The notes under the pieces: generated by a model
Databases searched by the model: none
Told to the model about the DNA's origin: nothing
What the model saw: the letters and a program-made list of their open reading frames with translations, nothing else
Shown: positions 18,615-28,508 of the stretch, one piece after another
Layout of the letters: each line of letters opens with the position of its first letter
How positions within the stretch are numbered: position 1 is the first letter of the stretch
Source: Clostridia bacterium
GTDB lineage: Bacteria > Bacillota > Clostridia > Christensenellales > CAG-138
Reading direction: 5' to 3'
NCBI GenBank assembly: GCA_017394835.1
Contig: JAFPXD010000062.1
Span: 11,369-75,368, forward strand
Length of the DNA: 64,000 nucleotides
Program-made: the position numbers and the translations under genes

Positions 18615-19121
18615 ATGGAACTGCATTTAGAAAAAATAACTTACCTCAACTGGCATGATGTTGAAGACCTGTGCGTGAACGAGGAGCAAAGAGATTATGT
18701 CGCGGACAACGTCTCGAGCCTTGCCCTTGCGGGCGTTATTCGCGAGGCGGGGTTCCACGTTTTCTCGTTCGGCGTATACTTGGGGGAAGAGCCGATCGGT
18801 TTTGCGATGATCGGCTACGATATCCCATTGGATACGGATGACGACGTCAACGAAAAATACTGGTTCACAAGAAGCAGCTATTTCATCTGGCGTTTTATGA
18901 TCGACAAGCGCTGGCAGGGCAAAGGCTACGGAAAGGAAGCGCTGAGGCTGCTTATCGATTTCATTCGTTCTGCACCGTGCAGAGAGGCAAAATACGCCTG
19001 GCTTTGCTATAATACGGCTAACACGGTCGCAAGGAACATGTATGCTTCGGCCGGATTCGAAGAAGTCCCCGAGGTATATGACGAAGAAGACGACGAAATG
19101 CCTGCCGTGCTAAAGCTGTAG
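18615..19121 (+). CDS. GNAT acetyltransferase (spermidine acetyltransferase-like)
   Basis: RFMIDKRWQGKGYG, N.VARNMYASAGF; RBS GGAGG. Confidence 0.88.
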   Translation: MELHLEKITYLNWHDVEDLCVNEEQRDYVADNVSSLALAGVIREAGFHVFSFGVYLGEEPIGFAMIGYDIPLDTDDDVNEKYWFTRSSYFIWRFMIDKRWQGKGYGKEALRLLIDFIRSAPCREAKYAWLCYNTANTVARNMYASAGFEEVPEVYDEEDDEMPAVLKL

Positions 19122-19229
19122 GAGTATCAGATAAATTCCCGTTTGCGGACGAAAGAATAGAAGACAAAATGATCGGCATTGGAGAGAAAACATATTTTTA
19201 AGAACGGAATGAAACAATAATGCAAGACC

Positions 19230-19277
19230 TTGACAAGTGACCTTTCGTTCACTATAATTGGTGAACGAGAGGTCACT
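19230..19277 (+). promoter_or_regulatory. Consensus promoter overlapped by an inverted-repeat operator (TetR autoregulation)
   Basis: TTGACA-17-TATAAT; agtgacctttcgttcac / gtgaacgagaggtcact flank the -10. Confidence 0.85.
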
Positions 19278-19298
19278 CTGTTATTTGCGGAGGTTATT

Positions 19299-19901
19299 AT
19301 GGCGAACGACACAAAAGAGAGAATACTGGAAGCTGCGCTTTTGATGTTTTCACAAAACGGCTATGCGGGGACAAACATTCGGGAACTCAGCGCGTCTCTC
19401 GGGCTTGTGAAGTCCGGGGTCTATAAGCATTTTGAGAGCAAGGAAGCGATCTGGAATGCGCTGCTGGATCAGATGATCGCCTATTACGCAGAGCATTTCG
19501 GTTCACCTGAGCACTTGCCGCCTGTACCGGATTCGCCGGAAGGGCTTGTCACGTTGACGATGCAGATGGTGAACTTCACCGTGCATGATGAGAAGATCGT
19601 CATGACGCGCAAGGTGCTGACGCTTGAGCAGTTCCGCGACGACCGCGCCAGAGATCTTGCCACAAAGCATTTTCTCACCGGTCTTACGGAGATGTTCACG
19701 CACATCTTTTCAGGCATGATGGACAAGGGATCGCTCCGCCGTGACGATCCCGCCATGCTGGCCTTTGCCTATACTGCGCCGATCTCCGCTCTGATCCATT
19801 TATGCGACCGTGAGCCGGAGAAGACGGATGAGGCCATGGCACAGGTCGAAGCGTTCAGCCGATACTATATCAAGACATACGGGGTGACAGACAATGCATA
19901 A
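19299..19901 (+). CDS. TetR/AcrR family regulator
   Basis: TKERILEAALLMFSQNGYAGTNIREL...GVYKHFESKE. Confidence 0.92.
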   Translation: MANDTKERILEAALLMFSQNGYAGTNIRELSASLGLVKSGVYKHFESKEAIWNALLDQMIAYYAEHFGSPEHLPPVPDSPEGLVTLTMQMVNFTVHDEKIVMTRKVLTLEQFRDDRARDLATKHFLTGLTEMFTHIFSGMMDKGSLRRDDPAMLAFAYTAPISALIHLCDREPEKTDEAMAQVEAFSRYYIKTYGVTDNA

Positions 19902-20391
19902 AAAGGCGCTTGTCGTGATCGACATTCAAAACGACATCACAAAACACTATCGGGATATCATTGACAAGCTCAACGCCGCCATTGACTGGGCAGCGGAACG
20001 GGAGATGGACGTCGTTTACATCAAGCACAACAACCTCTCCCCCGGCACCCGGACCTTCAAGCCTGACTCAAAAGGCGCGGAGCTTGTGCCGGAATTGAAG
20101 ATCGTGTCGAATAAGGTCTTTGTCAAGACAAAGGCCAACGCGCTGACGAGCGAGGAGTTTTCCGCGTATATCCGGGAAAACGGGATCGATGAGTTTTTCA
20201 TCTCCGGAGCGGACGCCACCGGCTGCGTGAAATCCACCTGCTTTAATATGACGAAAGCCGGGTACGCCGTCCACGTCATCTCCGATTGCGTTACCAGTTA
20301 CGATCCGAAGAAGCTGCCGGAAATGCTCAGCTATTATGCGGACAAAGGCTGTGAGGTCAGAACATTGGAGGAGTATCGAAACGATGTTTGA
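19894..20391 (+). CDS. Isochorismatase-family cysteine hydrolase
   Basis: ALVVIDIQND, catalytic Lys, GADATGCVKST. Confidence 0.88.
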   Translation: MHKKALVVIDIQNDITKHYRDIIDKLNAAIDWAAEREMDVVYIKHNNLSPGTRTFKPDSKGAELVPELKIVSNKVFVKTKANALTSEEFSAYIRENGIDEFFISGADATGCVKSTCFNMTKAGYAVHVISDCVTSYDPKKLPEMLSYYADKGCEVRTLEEYRNDV

Positions 20392-21541
20392 TTTGGATCG
20401 TTATTTGAATGCTTTGATCCTGTCCTGCCGGACAGCCTTCGGTGATCGGCTGCTGTATGTGGGGCTGCAGGGCAGCCAGCTGCGCGGAGAAGCTCACGAA
20501 GGCAGCGATATTGATGTGATGGTGATCCTGGATCGGTTTTCTGTTCAGGACATGGATCGGTATCGGGAGATCCTGAATAGGATCGGTTTCTATGAGAGCT
20601 CCTGCGGGTTTATCTGCGGCAGAGACGAGCTGCTTCGCTGGAATCCGCTGGAGGTCTGCCAGCTGCGTCATACGACAAAAGACCTTTTTGGCGATTTGAC
20701 GGATTATCTTCCGCTCGCGGCACGGGAGGACGAAGTCAACTATGTCAAGCTCAGTTTGGGGAATCTGTACCATGAGCTCTGCCATCGCTATATCCATGCA
20801 GACAGAGATAAAAACATCGCGAAGTTCCGCGGCGCCTGCAAAGGAGTGTTTTTCCTGATGCAGAATCTGCACTATCTTGAGACCGGCCATTTTATCCTCA
20901 CAAAAAAGGAACTCAAGGCGGCTGTTTCGGCGGAAGACCGGCGGGTGCTGGAGCTTACCGAGCTGCCGGACGGATTTGATTTCGATCAGGCGTTTTCCGT
21001 CCTGTTTGCCTGGTGCCAATCGGCTTTTCTGCGTGTGGAACAACTCGCGAAAAAAGGATCCGCTTTCCCCCGATGGAATACAAGTGAGGCTTTACAGTTT
21101 TTAAAAGCGGATACATCGGATGCCTTGACATTGAACGGAATTTCAAGGCGTGCATTTGACAGCGATGTTCTCTTAGGCGGGCCGTCGGCAGGAGGTCCGC
21201 CCGGGTATGCGTCGGTTTCATTTCATACGGAGATGGCAAGACAAGGGCATCTCTTCAAATTGACAGATGAAGGCCTGATCGTCGGCGGAGCGATTCTGTT
21301 TTTGCAGGGAGACGCGCTGAACGTCGGCAGGATCTTTGTTGCGCCGGAGCATTTCCGTAAGGGTTACGGAGCTTTTATGATGCGGGAAATAGAATCAATG
21401 TTTCCCGAAGTAAAAGAGTTTACCCTGGACACACCCGACTGGAATAGCAGAACAAATTCATTTTATACAAAGCTGGGATATACGGAAATAAAACGGGACA
21501 GTAGTTTGGTATATTATTCAAAGAGAAAAGCGGATGGATAG
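20384..21541 (+). CDS. Nucleotidyltransferase-domain / GNAT fusion protein
   Basis: LQGSQLRGE..EGSDIDV (Pol-beta NTase) at the N-terminus; HFRKGYG..N.FYTKLGY GNAT at the C-terminus. Confidence 0.8.
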   Translation: MFDLDRYLNALILSCRTAFGDRLLYVGLQGSQLRGEAHEGSDIDVMVILDRFSVQDMDRYREILNRIGFYESSCGFICGRDELLRWNPLEVCQLRHTTKDLFGDLTDYLPLAAREDEVNYVKLSLGNLYHELCHRYIHADRDKNIAKFRGACKGVFFLMQNLHYLETGHFILTKKELKAAVSAEDRRVLELTELPDGFDFDQAFSVLFAWCQSAFLRVEQLAKKGSAFPRWNTSEALQFLKADTSDALTLNGISRRAFDSDVLLGGPSAGGPPGYASVSFHTEMARQGHLFKLTDEGLIVGGAILFLQGDALNVGRIFVAPEHFRKGYGAFMMREIESMFPEVKEFTLDTPDWNSRTNSFYTKLGYTEIKRDSSLVYYSKRKADG

Positions 21542-21556
21542 TGAGGTCATGAAATA

Positions 21557-21637
21557 ATGCGTATCTATGTTGATTTTGACGATTGCCTGTGCGAAACGGC
21601 AATAAGAATTCAAGTTTATCGAGCTCGTTCATTATAG
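21557..21637 (+). pseudogene. 5' stub of a HAD-family phosphatase gene, truncated at the repeat site
   Basis: MRIYVDFDDCLCETA (HAD motif I) with RBS, then runs into the site at 21604 and stops. Confidence 0.6.
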
Positions 21638-21668
21638 AATTAAAACGATCTGCTGAGGAGACCAGACA

Positions 21669-22664
21669 ATGAAGATAAAGTTCAATACAGAAACATTGCA
21701 GCCAATGTCGCAGTGGTTGATAAATAGAAAAAGCCATGGATACGGCGATGAAAAGGAACTGAGGGCTATTTTAAGCCTTCCGGATTATAAAGTGGAATTT
21801 GACAGATATTCCGATCCGTCCCTTCCCGTCTGCGGTATCAGTTTTGAAGAAGCGGTGGACTTCTTTATGAATTTTGATAAAAAGGACTTTGAAAACCCCC
21901 GGCTGCATTATAAAAAAGATTCTTTTACGGCATTTTATAACGAAATCGAGCAGCGGATGAAAATGATAGGCAGATTTACCGCACTCGACGCAGAAGATCT
22001 CAAGCTAATGGAAACGCTTCTGCAAAACGGTCTGCCCGATCGTATGACCGACGAGGTGCAGGAGTTAAACATAATCCTGATAATATCGATCGGCAATTCA
22101 ATGGGATGGCCGTACGGTCATTTCATCGATTACGACGCGGCTAATCTCGATCTGTTTGAAAGCAAGGACGATTTTCTGCATCTTACCGCGCACGAAATAC
22201 ACCATTTGCTTGCGGGGCAAATCCTGTTTCCCGACGGTATTACGCCTCAGGATCTGTTTTTACAGAATTTCGCATACGAAGGTCTTGCCGTACATTACTG
22301 CAACAATCTGGCCACAGTAAACAAAACGGCAAAATACGCGGGACCTGCTTATATGATGGATAAAGACGACATGGCTTTTTATGGATCCCACTTTGATGAA
22401 ATATTCAACATGATCCGGGAAGATCATAAAGCCTGCGCTGCAAAAACTTTTGACGAGGTAAAAGACATCGTATCAAAATACGAGCAGTTTGAGTTTATGG
22501 GAAAAGGTATAAGGCAGTATCCAACCTATTATTTCGGCTGTTATATGTGGGGCTTAGTCGACCTGTACTATGGAAAAGAAGAATTATACAGATCCTTGAG
22601 CAGTCCGGGGAGGTTCGTGGAACTATATAACGCTATAGCGGACAAGAAATATTCGTTTTATTAG
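21669..22664 (+). CDS. Putative Zn-dependent protease (HExxH)
   Basis: AHEIHH...YEGLA zincin motifs. Confidence 0.7.
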   Translation: MKIKFNTETLQPMSQWLINRKSHGYGDEKELRAILSLPDYKVEFDRYSDPSLPVCGISFEEAVDFFMNFDKKDFENPRLHYKKDSFTAFYNEIEQRMKMIGRFTALDAEDLKLMETLLQNGLPDRMTDEVQELNIILIISIGNSMGWPYGHFIDYDAANLDLFESKDDFLHLTAHEIHHLLAGQILFPDGITPQDLFLQNFAYEGLAVHYCNNLATVNKTAKYAGPAYMMDKDDMAFYGSHFDEIFNMIREDHKACAAKTFDEVKDIVSKYEQFEFMGKGIRQYPTYYFGCYMWGLVDLYYGKEELYRSLSSPGRFVELYNAIADKKYSFY

Positions 22665-22721
22665 TTTAGCAAATAGTAAAGAAAAGGATTTCAACAGTAA
22701 CCCAATGAAACATAAATCCCA

Positions 22722-22854
22722 TCTTCGATCATTCGGCGCAGAGTATATAGAGCTTGTTCCCGCTAAACCGGCTGTACGGTTTTATATCCGCATTGGGTTT
22801 GAATTCTCCCGTACGTCTTCAGACGGAGAACGAGTTTTTCGCAAGGCGTTGTAA
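22722..22854 (+). pseudogene. 3' stub of a GNAT gene
   Basis: ...GAEYIELVPAKPAVRFYIRIGFEF...KAL* resembles a GNAT C-terminus; no start. Confidence 0.5.
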
Positions 22855-23001
22855 TGAACATGCAATCATTCCATTGACAGTTTTTATCCGCACAGTATAT
22901 AATGCTTTGTGATAAGAGCCGAAGGCGCGCAGGGCGGATACGAGACCCGCGTGCGCGAAAAAGAAGGACGATACCAAACAGCCGGAAGGAGAGGCGACAA
23001 C

Positions 23002-23349
23002 GTGGACGGGATAAACGAGGATTTTTGGAACGCGATGGATGAATTGGTGAACAGTTCGGAGATAGTGATCGACAGGCCTAAGGGAACCGCGCACCCCAGG
23101 TATCCCGATTTCATCTATAAGGTGGATTACGGATACCTGAAAAACACGTCGTCCATGGACGGCGGCGGGATCGACGTATGGGTCGGGAGCGGCGAAAAAA
23201 GGGTCGACGCCGTAATGTGCATAGTCGACCTCGTCAAAAAGGATTCGGAGATCAAAATACTGATTGGATGCACCGAAGAGGAAAAGGCGATCGTTTACGA
23301 AACGCACAACGAGACGCCGTTCATGAAGGGCATTTTAATAAGCAGGTAA
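23002..23349 (+). CDS. Inorganic pyrophosphatase-like small protein
   Basis: IVIDRPKGTAHP...YKVDYGYL...DGGGIDVW; promoter TTGACA-18-TATAAT at 22874-22903. Confidence 0.8.
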   Translation: MDGINEDFWNAMDELVNSSEIVIDRPKGTAHPRYPDFIYKVDYGYLKNTSSMDGGGIDVWVGSGEKRVDAVMCIVDLVKKDSEIKILIGCTEEEKAIVYETHNETPFMKGILISR

Positions 23350-23421
23350 GCTCCCGTTTGCCGGGATGTGCTAAATACAAATAAACCTCTTTTGTCTGCC
23401 GGGGCAAGGGAGGTTTTTTCG

Positions 23422-23473
23422 TTGCCTGACACGCTACGCTGTGGTATAATCAGCTCGACAAATCGGTATTTGG
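23422..23473 (+). promoter_or_regulatory. Promoter plus 16-bp palindromic site
   Basis: TTGCCT-17-(TG)TATAAT, then ACAAATCGGTATTTGG 7 nt downstream. Confidence 0.65.
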
Positions 23474-23483
23474 AGAGCTGTTT

Positions 23484-24365
23484 ATGAAGAATGCAACAAC
23501 ATCGAAATCGAAAAAAGTTCAATTAAGCAAATTATGGTGGTATCTGCTGCTGGTGATCGCGCTGTCTGCTTTTTGCTATATCACCCTTAACGTATGGCTG
23601 CAGCCGTATTCGATCGAATACAGCGAAACGGGGAAGATGACCGCCGGCTATTTCCTATATGCGGCGATAGGACTGTTATTCTCAACCCCGACGCCCTTTT
23701 TGGCGGTTTTGATGATCTCTCTGTTCATAGAGAAAATCGGCGTCAAGCAATTGTTCCGCAACATTTTCCGCACGGAAAACAAGCTGAAGACCTTCTTGAT
23801 CACAGGCGGGTTTTGTTTGCTTGCTTTTGTTTACGCAATACTGTTCGGGACGCCCAACGGCTCTCCGTGGTATATGTTCCCTCTCGGTTTCCTGATCATG
23901 ATACCGTTTGTCGGTATCGCGGAAGAGACCGGCTGGCGGGGTTTGCTGCAGCCTGAATTGGATAAAAGAATGAAGTATCCGTTTTCGGTCCTTCTTACCG
24001 CGGCCATTTGGTTCGTCTGGCATTTTCCCGTGTTCATAGACCCGACCTCAAATCATTACGGAGACAGCGTGATCGGATTCGGGATCACGATCTTCATCTG
24101 GGCGTTTGCCTTGGCCGCGATCTATAGATCCACTAAAAGCGTGATCGCCTGTGCGCTGTATCATACGTTCATTGACGCGATCGGCGCGGTTTATGATTGG
24201 AACGCATTATTTGACGGTTTCCCGGGAAGCGTATCGGCAAACGTTTACCGCGGCGTCTGGCTTATAGCGGCTGTTGTCCTATGGATCTATGCGGATAAGA
24301 AAGAGACCGGGCCCGATAATACCGTTTTGGATCAATTGAACGGAAACCTTACGAGGGGAGCATAA
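23484..24365 (+). CDS. CPBP/Abi (CAAX) intramembrane metalloprotease
   Basis: EETGWRG, WFVWH, LYH motifs; multiple TM segments. Confidence 0.9.
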   Translation: MKNATTSKSKKVQLSKLWWYLLLVIALSAFCYITLNVWLQPYSIEYSETGKMTAGYFLYAAIGLLFSTPTPFLAVLMISLFIEKIGVKQLFRNIFRTENKLKTFLITGGFCLLAFVYAILFGTPNGSPWYMFPLGFLIMIPFVGIAEETGWRGLLQPELDKRMKYPFSVLLTAAIWFVWHFPVFIDPTSNHYGDSVIGFGITIFIWAFALAAIYRSTKSVIACALYHTFIDAIGAVYDWNALFDGFPGSVSANVYRGVWLIAAVVLWIYADKKETGPDNTVLDQLNGNLTRGA

Positions 24366-24377
24366 CGGGGAACTGAA

Positions 24378-25754
24378 ATGAAAAAGATCATCGCTGCAAT
24401 ACTTATCTCACTGACGCTGATTTCCATGGCGTCGGCCTGCACGCATAGGCCGGCGGACAACGGCGAGGCGGCGAACACCGCGGAAGCAACGCAGATCCCG
24501 ACCGCGAAACCGACGGAAGCTTCGACCGAGGCTCCGACGGAAGCTCCCACGCCCGCGCCGACGGAGGATCCCGCGGCGGCAGAAGCAAAGCGCATGGCCG
24601 CGGAGCACGGGCTTGCCGCGGATGACCTCAGGGGCGAATACGCGCTGTTCATCAGGTTCTGCGAAGCCGTGGAGGGCAACGAAGGACTCGATGAATACGG
24701 CGAGTTCGTTTACAGGATATTCCCCGTTATAGCGGACAACGCCGATCTTGTTGACGAAGAGCGTCTTTTTTCGCGTTTGAGCAGGCTCAGCATCACCGTC
24801 GAGGAGCTTGGCGAGGACGGCAACGCGGGAGAATTCGACCCATCAGACGTTTCCATACTGCTTGACAAAAGAACGACGGACAGGGACCATTACAGGGCCC
24901 CGTCCACGCTGTTCCACGAGCTTATGCACTTCCTCGATTATACGTTTGCCGGAGAGATGATTCCCATTTATCTGCTTGACGGGCGGCGCCTGACCCCCGC
25001 CGACACCGCGGAATTGAGTCCTGAGGATTTCGAGCGAAAGCTGTGCTGCGAGGATACCAGCTTCGTGACGGAGGGCGGCGCGGAGCTTTACACCTGCAAG
25101 TATTATTCCGGCACGGTGGGCAGCTACCATAAAGACTGCGGTTTTCTGACGGGTCTTGAATACCTGTACGGGGAGGATACCGTCCGCAGGCTGTTCTTCG
25201 GCTGGGATTCGGACGCTATTTTTGCCGAACTGCTTTTGGACGCGGGTTTTTCCGAGGAGGAATACGTTTCCGCCTGTGAAACGCTCAACTGGTTCTCCCG
25301 CCCGTCCGTTTACGACGAGCCCGAGACCTTCTTCGCTCCGGAGGACGTACTCATCCGCCTTTATGAATATAAGCTCGGCGGCGGCTGGAGGGAGGACGCG
25401 CGCTTTATCTACATCCTCAAGTGCCTGGACGGGATAGAGCTTCCCGATTACCTAAGGTCCGAGCACGCGGAGTTTTTGAGCACGGTGCTGTTCACCACGT
25501 GGGGCAAGTACGATCGGTTCGAGAAGGAGCTTCTGGCCTGCGCGCCGGAGGGCACGAGCCTTATGATCAAGCCTCCGGTGCCGTTCTTCCGCGGAGGGGA
25601 GCTTTATATCGGCTCTTACGCGACTATTACGGACGGCGAGACCGGTAAAGACGTTTCGGGAGTGCTGATCTTCGATTTTGATTTCGATCAGAATAAACCG
25701 TTGAGCTGCGAGTTTACGAATACCGAAGAGGTGTTTGAACGGTATTTCGGGTAG
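24378..25754 (+). CDS. Lipoprotein with Pro/Thr linker and HExxH motif
   Basis: Lipobox ASAC, PTEA/PTPAPT linker, FHELMH...TEGGAE. Confidence 0.7.
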   Translation: MKKIIAAILISLTLISMASACTHRPADNGEAANTAEATQIPTAKPTEASTEAPTEAPTPAPTEDPAAAEAKRMAAEHGLAADDLRGEYALFIRFCEAVEGNEGLDEYGEFVYRIFPVIADNADLVDEERLFSRLSRLSITVEELGEDGNAGEFDPSDVSILLDKRTTDRDHYRAPSTLFHELMHFLDYTFAGEMIPIYLLDGRRLTPADTAELSPEDFERKLCCEDTSFVTEGGAELYTCKYYSGTVGSYHKDCGFLTGLEYLYGEDTVRRLFFGWDSDAIFAELLLDAGFSEEEYVSACETLNWFSRPSVYDEPETFFAPEDVLIRLYEYKLGGGWREDARFIYILKCLDGIELPDYLRSEHAEFLSTVLFTTWGKYDRFEKELLACAPEGTSLMIKPPVPFFRGGELYIGSYATITDGETGKDVSGVLIFDFDFDQNKPLSCEFTNTEEVFERYFG

Positions 25755-25759
25755 GTCAT

Positions 25760-26849
25760 ACGGATATGCTCGCCGCTTCATTTCGTTTGGTGCGAAAACA
25801 GCTTGAAGTGCATACTGGTCTTTCTCGGACTGTATGCTTTCGGCATACTCCTCTATCTCGGAAGCAGGGGCAATACCCGTGACGGCGAGGAGCACGGCTC
25901 GGCCAAATGGGGCACTCCGCAGGAGCTCAACAAGGAGCTGAAGCAGAAAACGAACTTCCCGCTCTCGAAGGAGATACGCTTGGGGATGGACACGCATAAG
26001 CACAGGCGAAACCTTAACGTGTTCGTTCTCGGCGGCTCCGGTGCGGGCAAAACGAGGTTCGTTGCTTTGCCGAACATTTTGGAAGCAAACTGCAGCTACG
26101 TTATTACCGACCCGAAGGGAGAGATACTCGCCAACACCGGCTACTTCCTCAAGGAACACGGTTACGACGTTCATGTGTTCAACCTTGTCGATTTCAATGC
26201 CTCGGATGGGTATAACCCATTTAGGTATCTGCGGGATGACAAGGACGTGCTGAAGCTCATAACCAACCTCATTCGGAACACCACGCCGAAGACCGCGGGC
26301 AACTCCGATCCCTTCTGGGAGAAGGCGGAAACGGCTTTGCTGGAAGCACTGATGTTCTATCTTATGTACGAGGCCCCTCCCGAGGAGCAGAACTTCGGTA
26401 TGATAATGAAGATGATCTCCTACGCCGACGTCCGCGAGGAGGATTCCGCTCATATCTCACCGTTGGATCTCTTATTCCAACAGCTGAGTTATCAGAGCCC
26501 CGGACATATCGCGGCAAAGCAGTACGCGGTGTATAAGCAGGCAGCAGGCAAAACGGCAAAGAGCATAAACATATCGCTCGCCGTAAGGCTCGCCGCTTTC
26601 AACATGAAGCAGCTGCAGAGGATCACCAATACCGATAATATGGACTTCGGCAGTCTGGGAGAAAAGAAGACCGCTATCTTCGCGGTCATTCCCGATAACG
26701 ATACCTCTCTCTCATACCTTGTCGGTATGCTCTATACGCAGATCATACAGGAGCTCTACTACATTGCCGACCACAAGTATCAAGACGCGCTGCCCGTGCA
26801 CGTCCGTTTTGTCCTCGACGAGTTTGCGAATGTGAACCCCTTATTTTGA
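25760..26849 (+). pseudogene. virD4: VirD4/TraG type IV coupling protein, truncated at both ends
   Basis: EEHGSAKWG, GGSGAGKT Walker A, DPFW, ends at LDEFANV; N-terminal TM region and C-terminal part missing. Confidence 0.85.
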
Positions 26850-26965
26850 TAATTACATTGTGATGTGGTTATAATATGGAGACTGAATCAAAAATATCTG
26901 AAGGAAGGAAGCAAGAATGCAGAATGTCTCAATCATTCTATAGCAAAGCAGGATAGCGTGGTATT

Positions 26966-27604
26966 CTATACACCCGAATCATTCCCCTGCAGAATCTTTC
27001 CAATCTCATATTTTAACACGAATATCCCGCATTCCTTGGCAATATCATTTGCATATTCAAACCTTCGGATTGCACCAACTAAATAGGTTAGGTAATGATC
27101 TAATTCGTTGTAATAATAATGCGTTAGTTTTCCGCTCACGCTGTCCCGGAAAATCCATTCCGATGCTTTTCCTTCCTCGCTCATGAATTCGATTGCTTCT
27201 TCATTCTCATAATCCCATCCATCAACCGCGTATCCCCGATTTGGGCACTTTATTTCGCAATCAAATTCCCAGGTTTTTGGGAAGGTACACTGAAACTGCA
27301 ACGTTTGCTTCAGCAATTCCGTTCGGCTTTCATAAAAACGCTCCAAATTACTGAAATTAGGCAGTTCAACTGGAGCAAGGCCCTTTTGCCGCATTGCTGC
27401 CCTAATTGGCAACATAAGGGCAATTGACAACGAATCTCCACCAAACTCATTGTATTCCCCTTTACCAGCGCTTTCTCGAACATGTTGATATAACTCATTT
27501 ATCTCTTCTAGGAACTGACGGCCAAAAACTGCTATAATAACATTTTCAAACTGTTCATGTGCTTTCATTATCCTCGCCCCCATTGTATAATTCTTACCAT
27601 TCAT
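26966..27604 (-). CDS. Hypothetical protein (AT-rich cargo)
   Basis: Long open frame, visibly lower GC than its flanks; start uncertain. Confidence 0.55.
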   Translation of the reverse strand: MNGKNYTMGARIMKAHEQFENVIIAVFGRQFLEEINELYQHVRESAGKGEYNEFGGDSLSIALMLPIRAAMRQKGLAPVELPNFSNLERFYESRTELLKQTLQFQCTFPKTWEFDCEIKCPNRGYAVDGWDYENEEAIEFMSEEGKASEWIFRDSVSGKLTHYYYNELDHYLTYLVGAIRRFEYANDIAKECGIFVLKYEIGKILQGNDSGV

Positions 27605-27716
27605 CTTATCATTAAAAATGAATGTTATCAATCATAATTTGTACGAGTGAGCACACATTTGCAAAGTGGAGCAGAAATAAATACAATGAAGCCGTGAGAA
27701 TAAACGAGGAGCGAAC

Positions 27717-28067
27717 ATGATGTTAGAGTTGACCTATCACTGGGAGGGTGATTACTTGATTCCTGATCTGGAGCCCCCGGAGGCCCCGAAGATCGGCAAG
27801 TACGGAACCCTGCGCCACAAGTACCTGCGGAACAATCACCGGGGAATCTTCGACGGGATGCTCCTGGAGGGAAGTCTGAACCCCCATCTGGAGCAGATCG
27901 ACCGGCAGGCCAACGAGATGATGGAGCGCTTGACGGCGCAAATGGCCCAGGCCGAGGGCGTCACTGAGCAGCTCAAGGCCCAGGATCAAATGGCTTGGGT
28001 CGCAGCTATGAACAGTATCAAGAACCGGGCGGAAGAGATCGTGCTGCACGATCTGATCTTCGCATGA
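27717..28067 (+). CDS. tnpV: TnpV family protein (Tn4451-like mobilisable elements)
   Basis: GDYLIPDL..IGKYG...EGVTEQLKAQDQMAWVAAMNSIKNRAEEIV signature. Confidence 0.88.
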   Translation: MMLELTYHWEGDYLIPDLEPPEAPKIGKYGTLRHKYLRNNHRGIFDGMLLEGSLNPHLEQIDRQANEMMERLTAQMAQAEGVTEQLKAQDQMAWVAAMNSIKNRAEEIVLHDLIFA

Positions 28068-28360
28068 GCGCCGGGAAGATCAAGCTGGGTGACTATGACC
28101 TACGGGTCATAGTCACCGGCATGATGAAGTACCGGGATACAACTCCGGCTGAAGTGCTGGAGATCATAGACCCAATGTTGCTTCGGCTGTTCGACACCAT
28201 CAAGGCATTGAAGCCCGGCAAAAGCACGAAGTGCCTCTTCAGCCCAGAAGAAAAGCGTCTCGTCCGCTTCTATCTGAACGAATGGCGCAACCAGCTTATC
28301 CAGGAGAACAACCTCGGCGGCATGGATGGTGTTTCCGATGTCATGATCAAATTTATATAA
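28064..28360 (+). CDS. Hypothetical protein
   Basis: ATGA overlap with the tnpV stop; followed by a hairpin at about 28372-28409. Confidence 0.55.
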   Translation: MSAGKIKLGDYDLRVIVTGMMKYRDTTPAEVLEIIDPMLLRLFDTIKALKPGKSTKCLFSPEEKRLVRFYLNEWRNQLIQENNLGGMDGVSDVMIKFI

Positions 28361-28508
28361 GGATTTCAAACAGAACCGCCCCAATCTCACACGAGACTGG
28401 AGCGGTTCTATGCGTGATTTCGTTGATCTGTGATGAGAACCTAGCCGATGGATTAAAAAAATAATAACGATACCTTCATTATTCTGCCCTCCGTTTTTTC
28501 GTTTATTG

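Noticed and set aside
17198-25754. Classical integron
   Set aside because: No IntI-type integrase adjacent and no attC-sized imperfect hairpins with RYYYAAC/GTTRRRY ends; reported instead as a distinct candidate system
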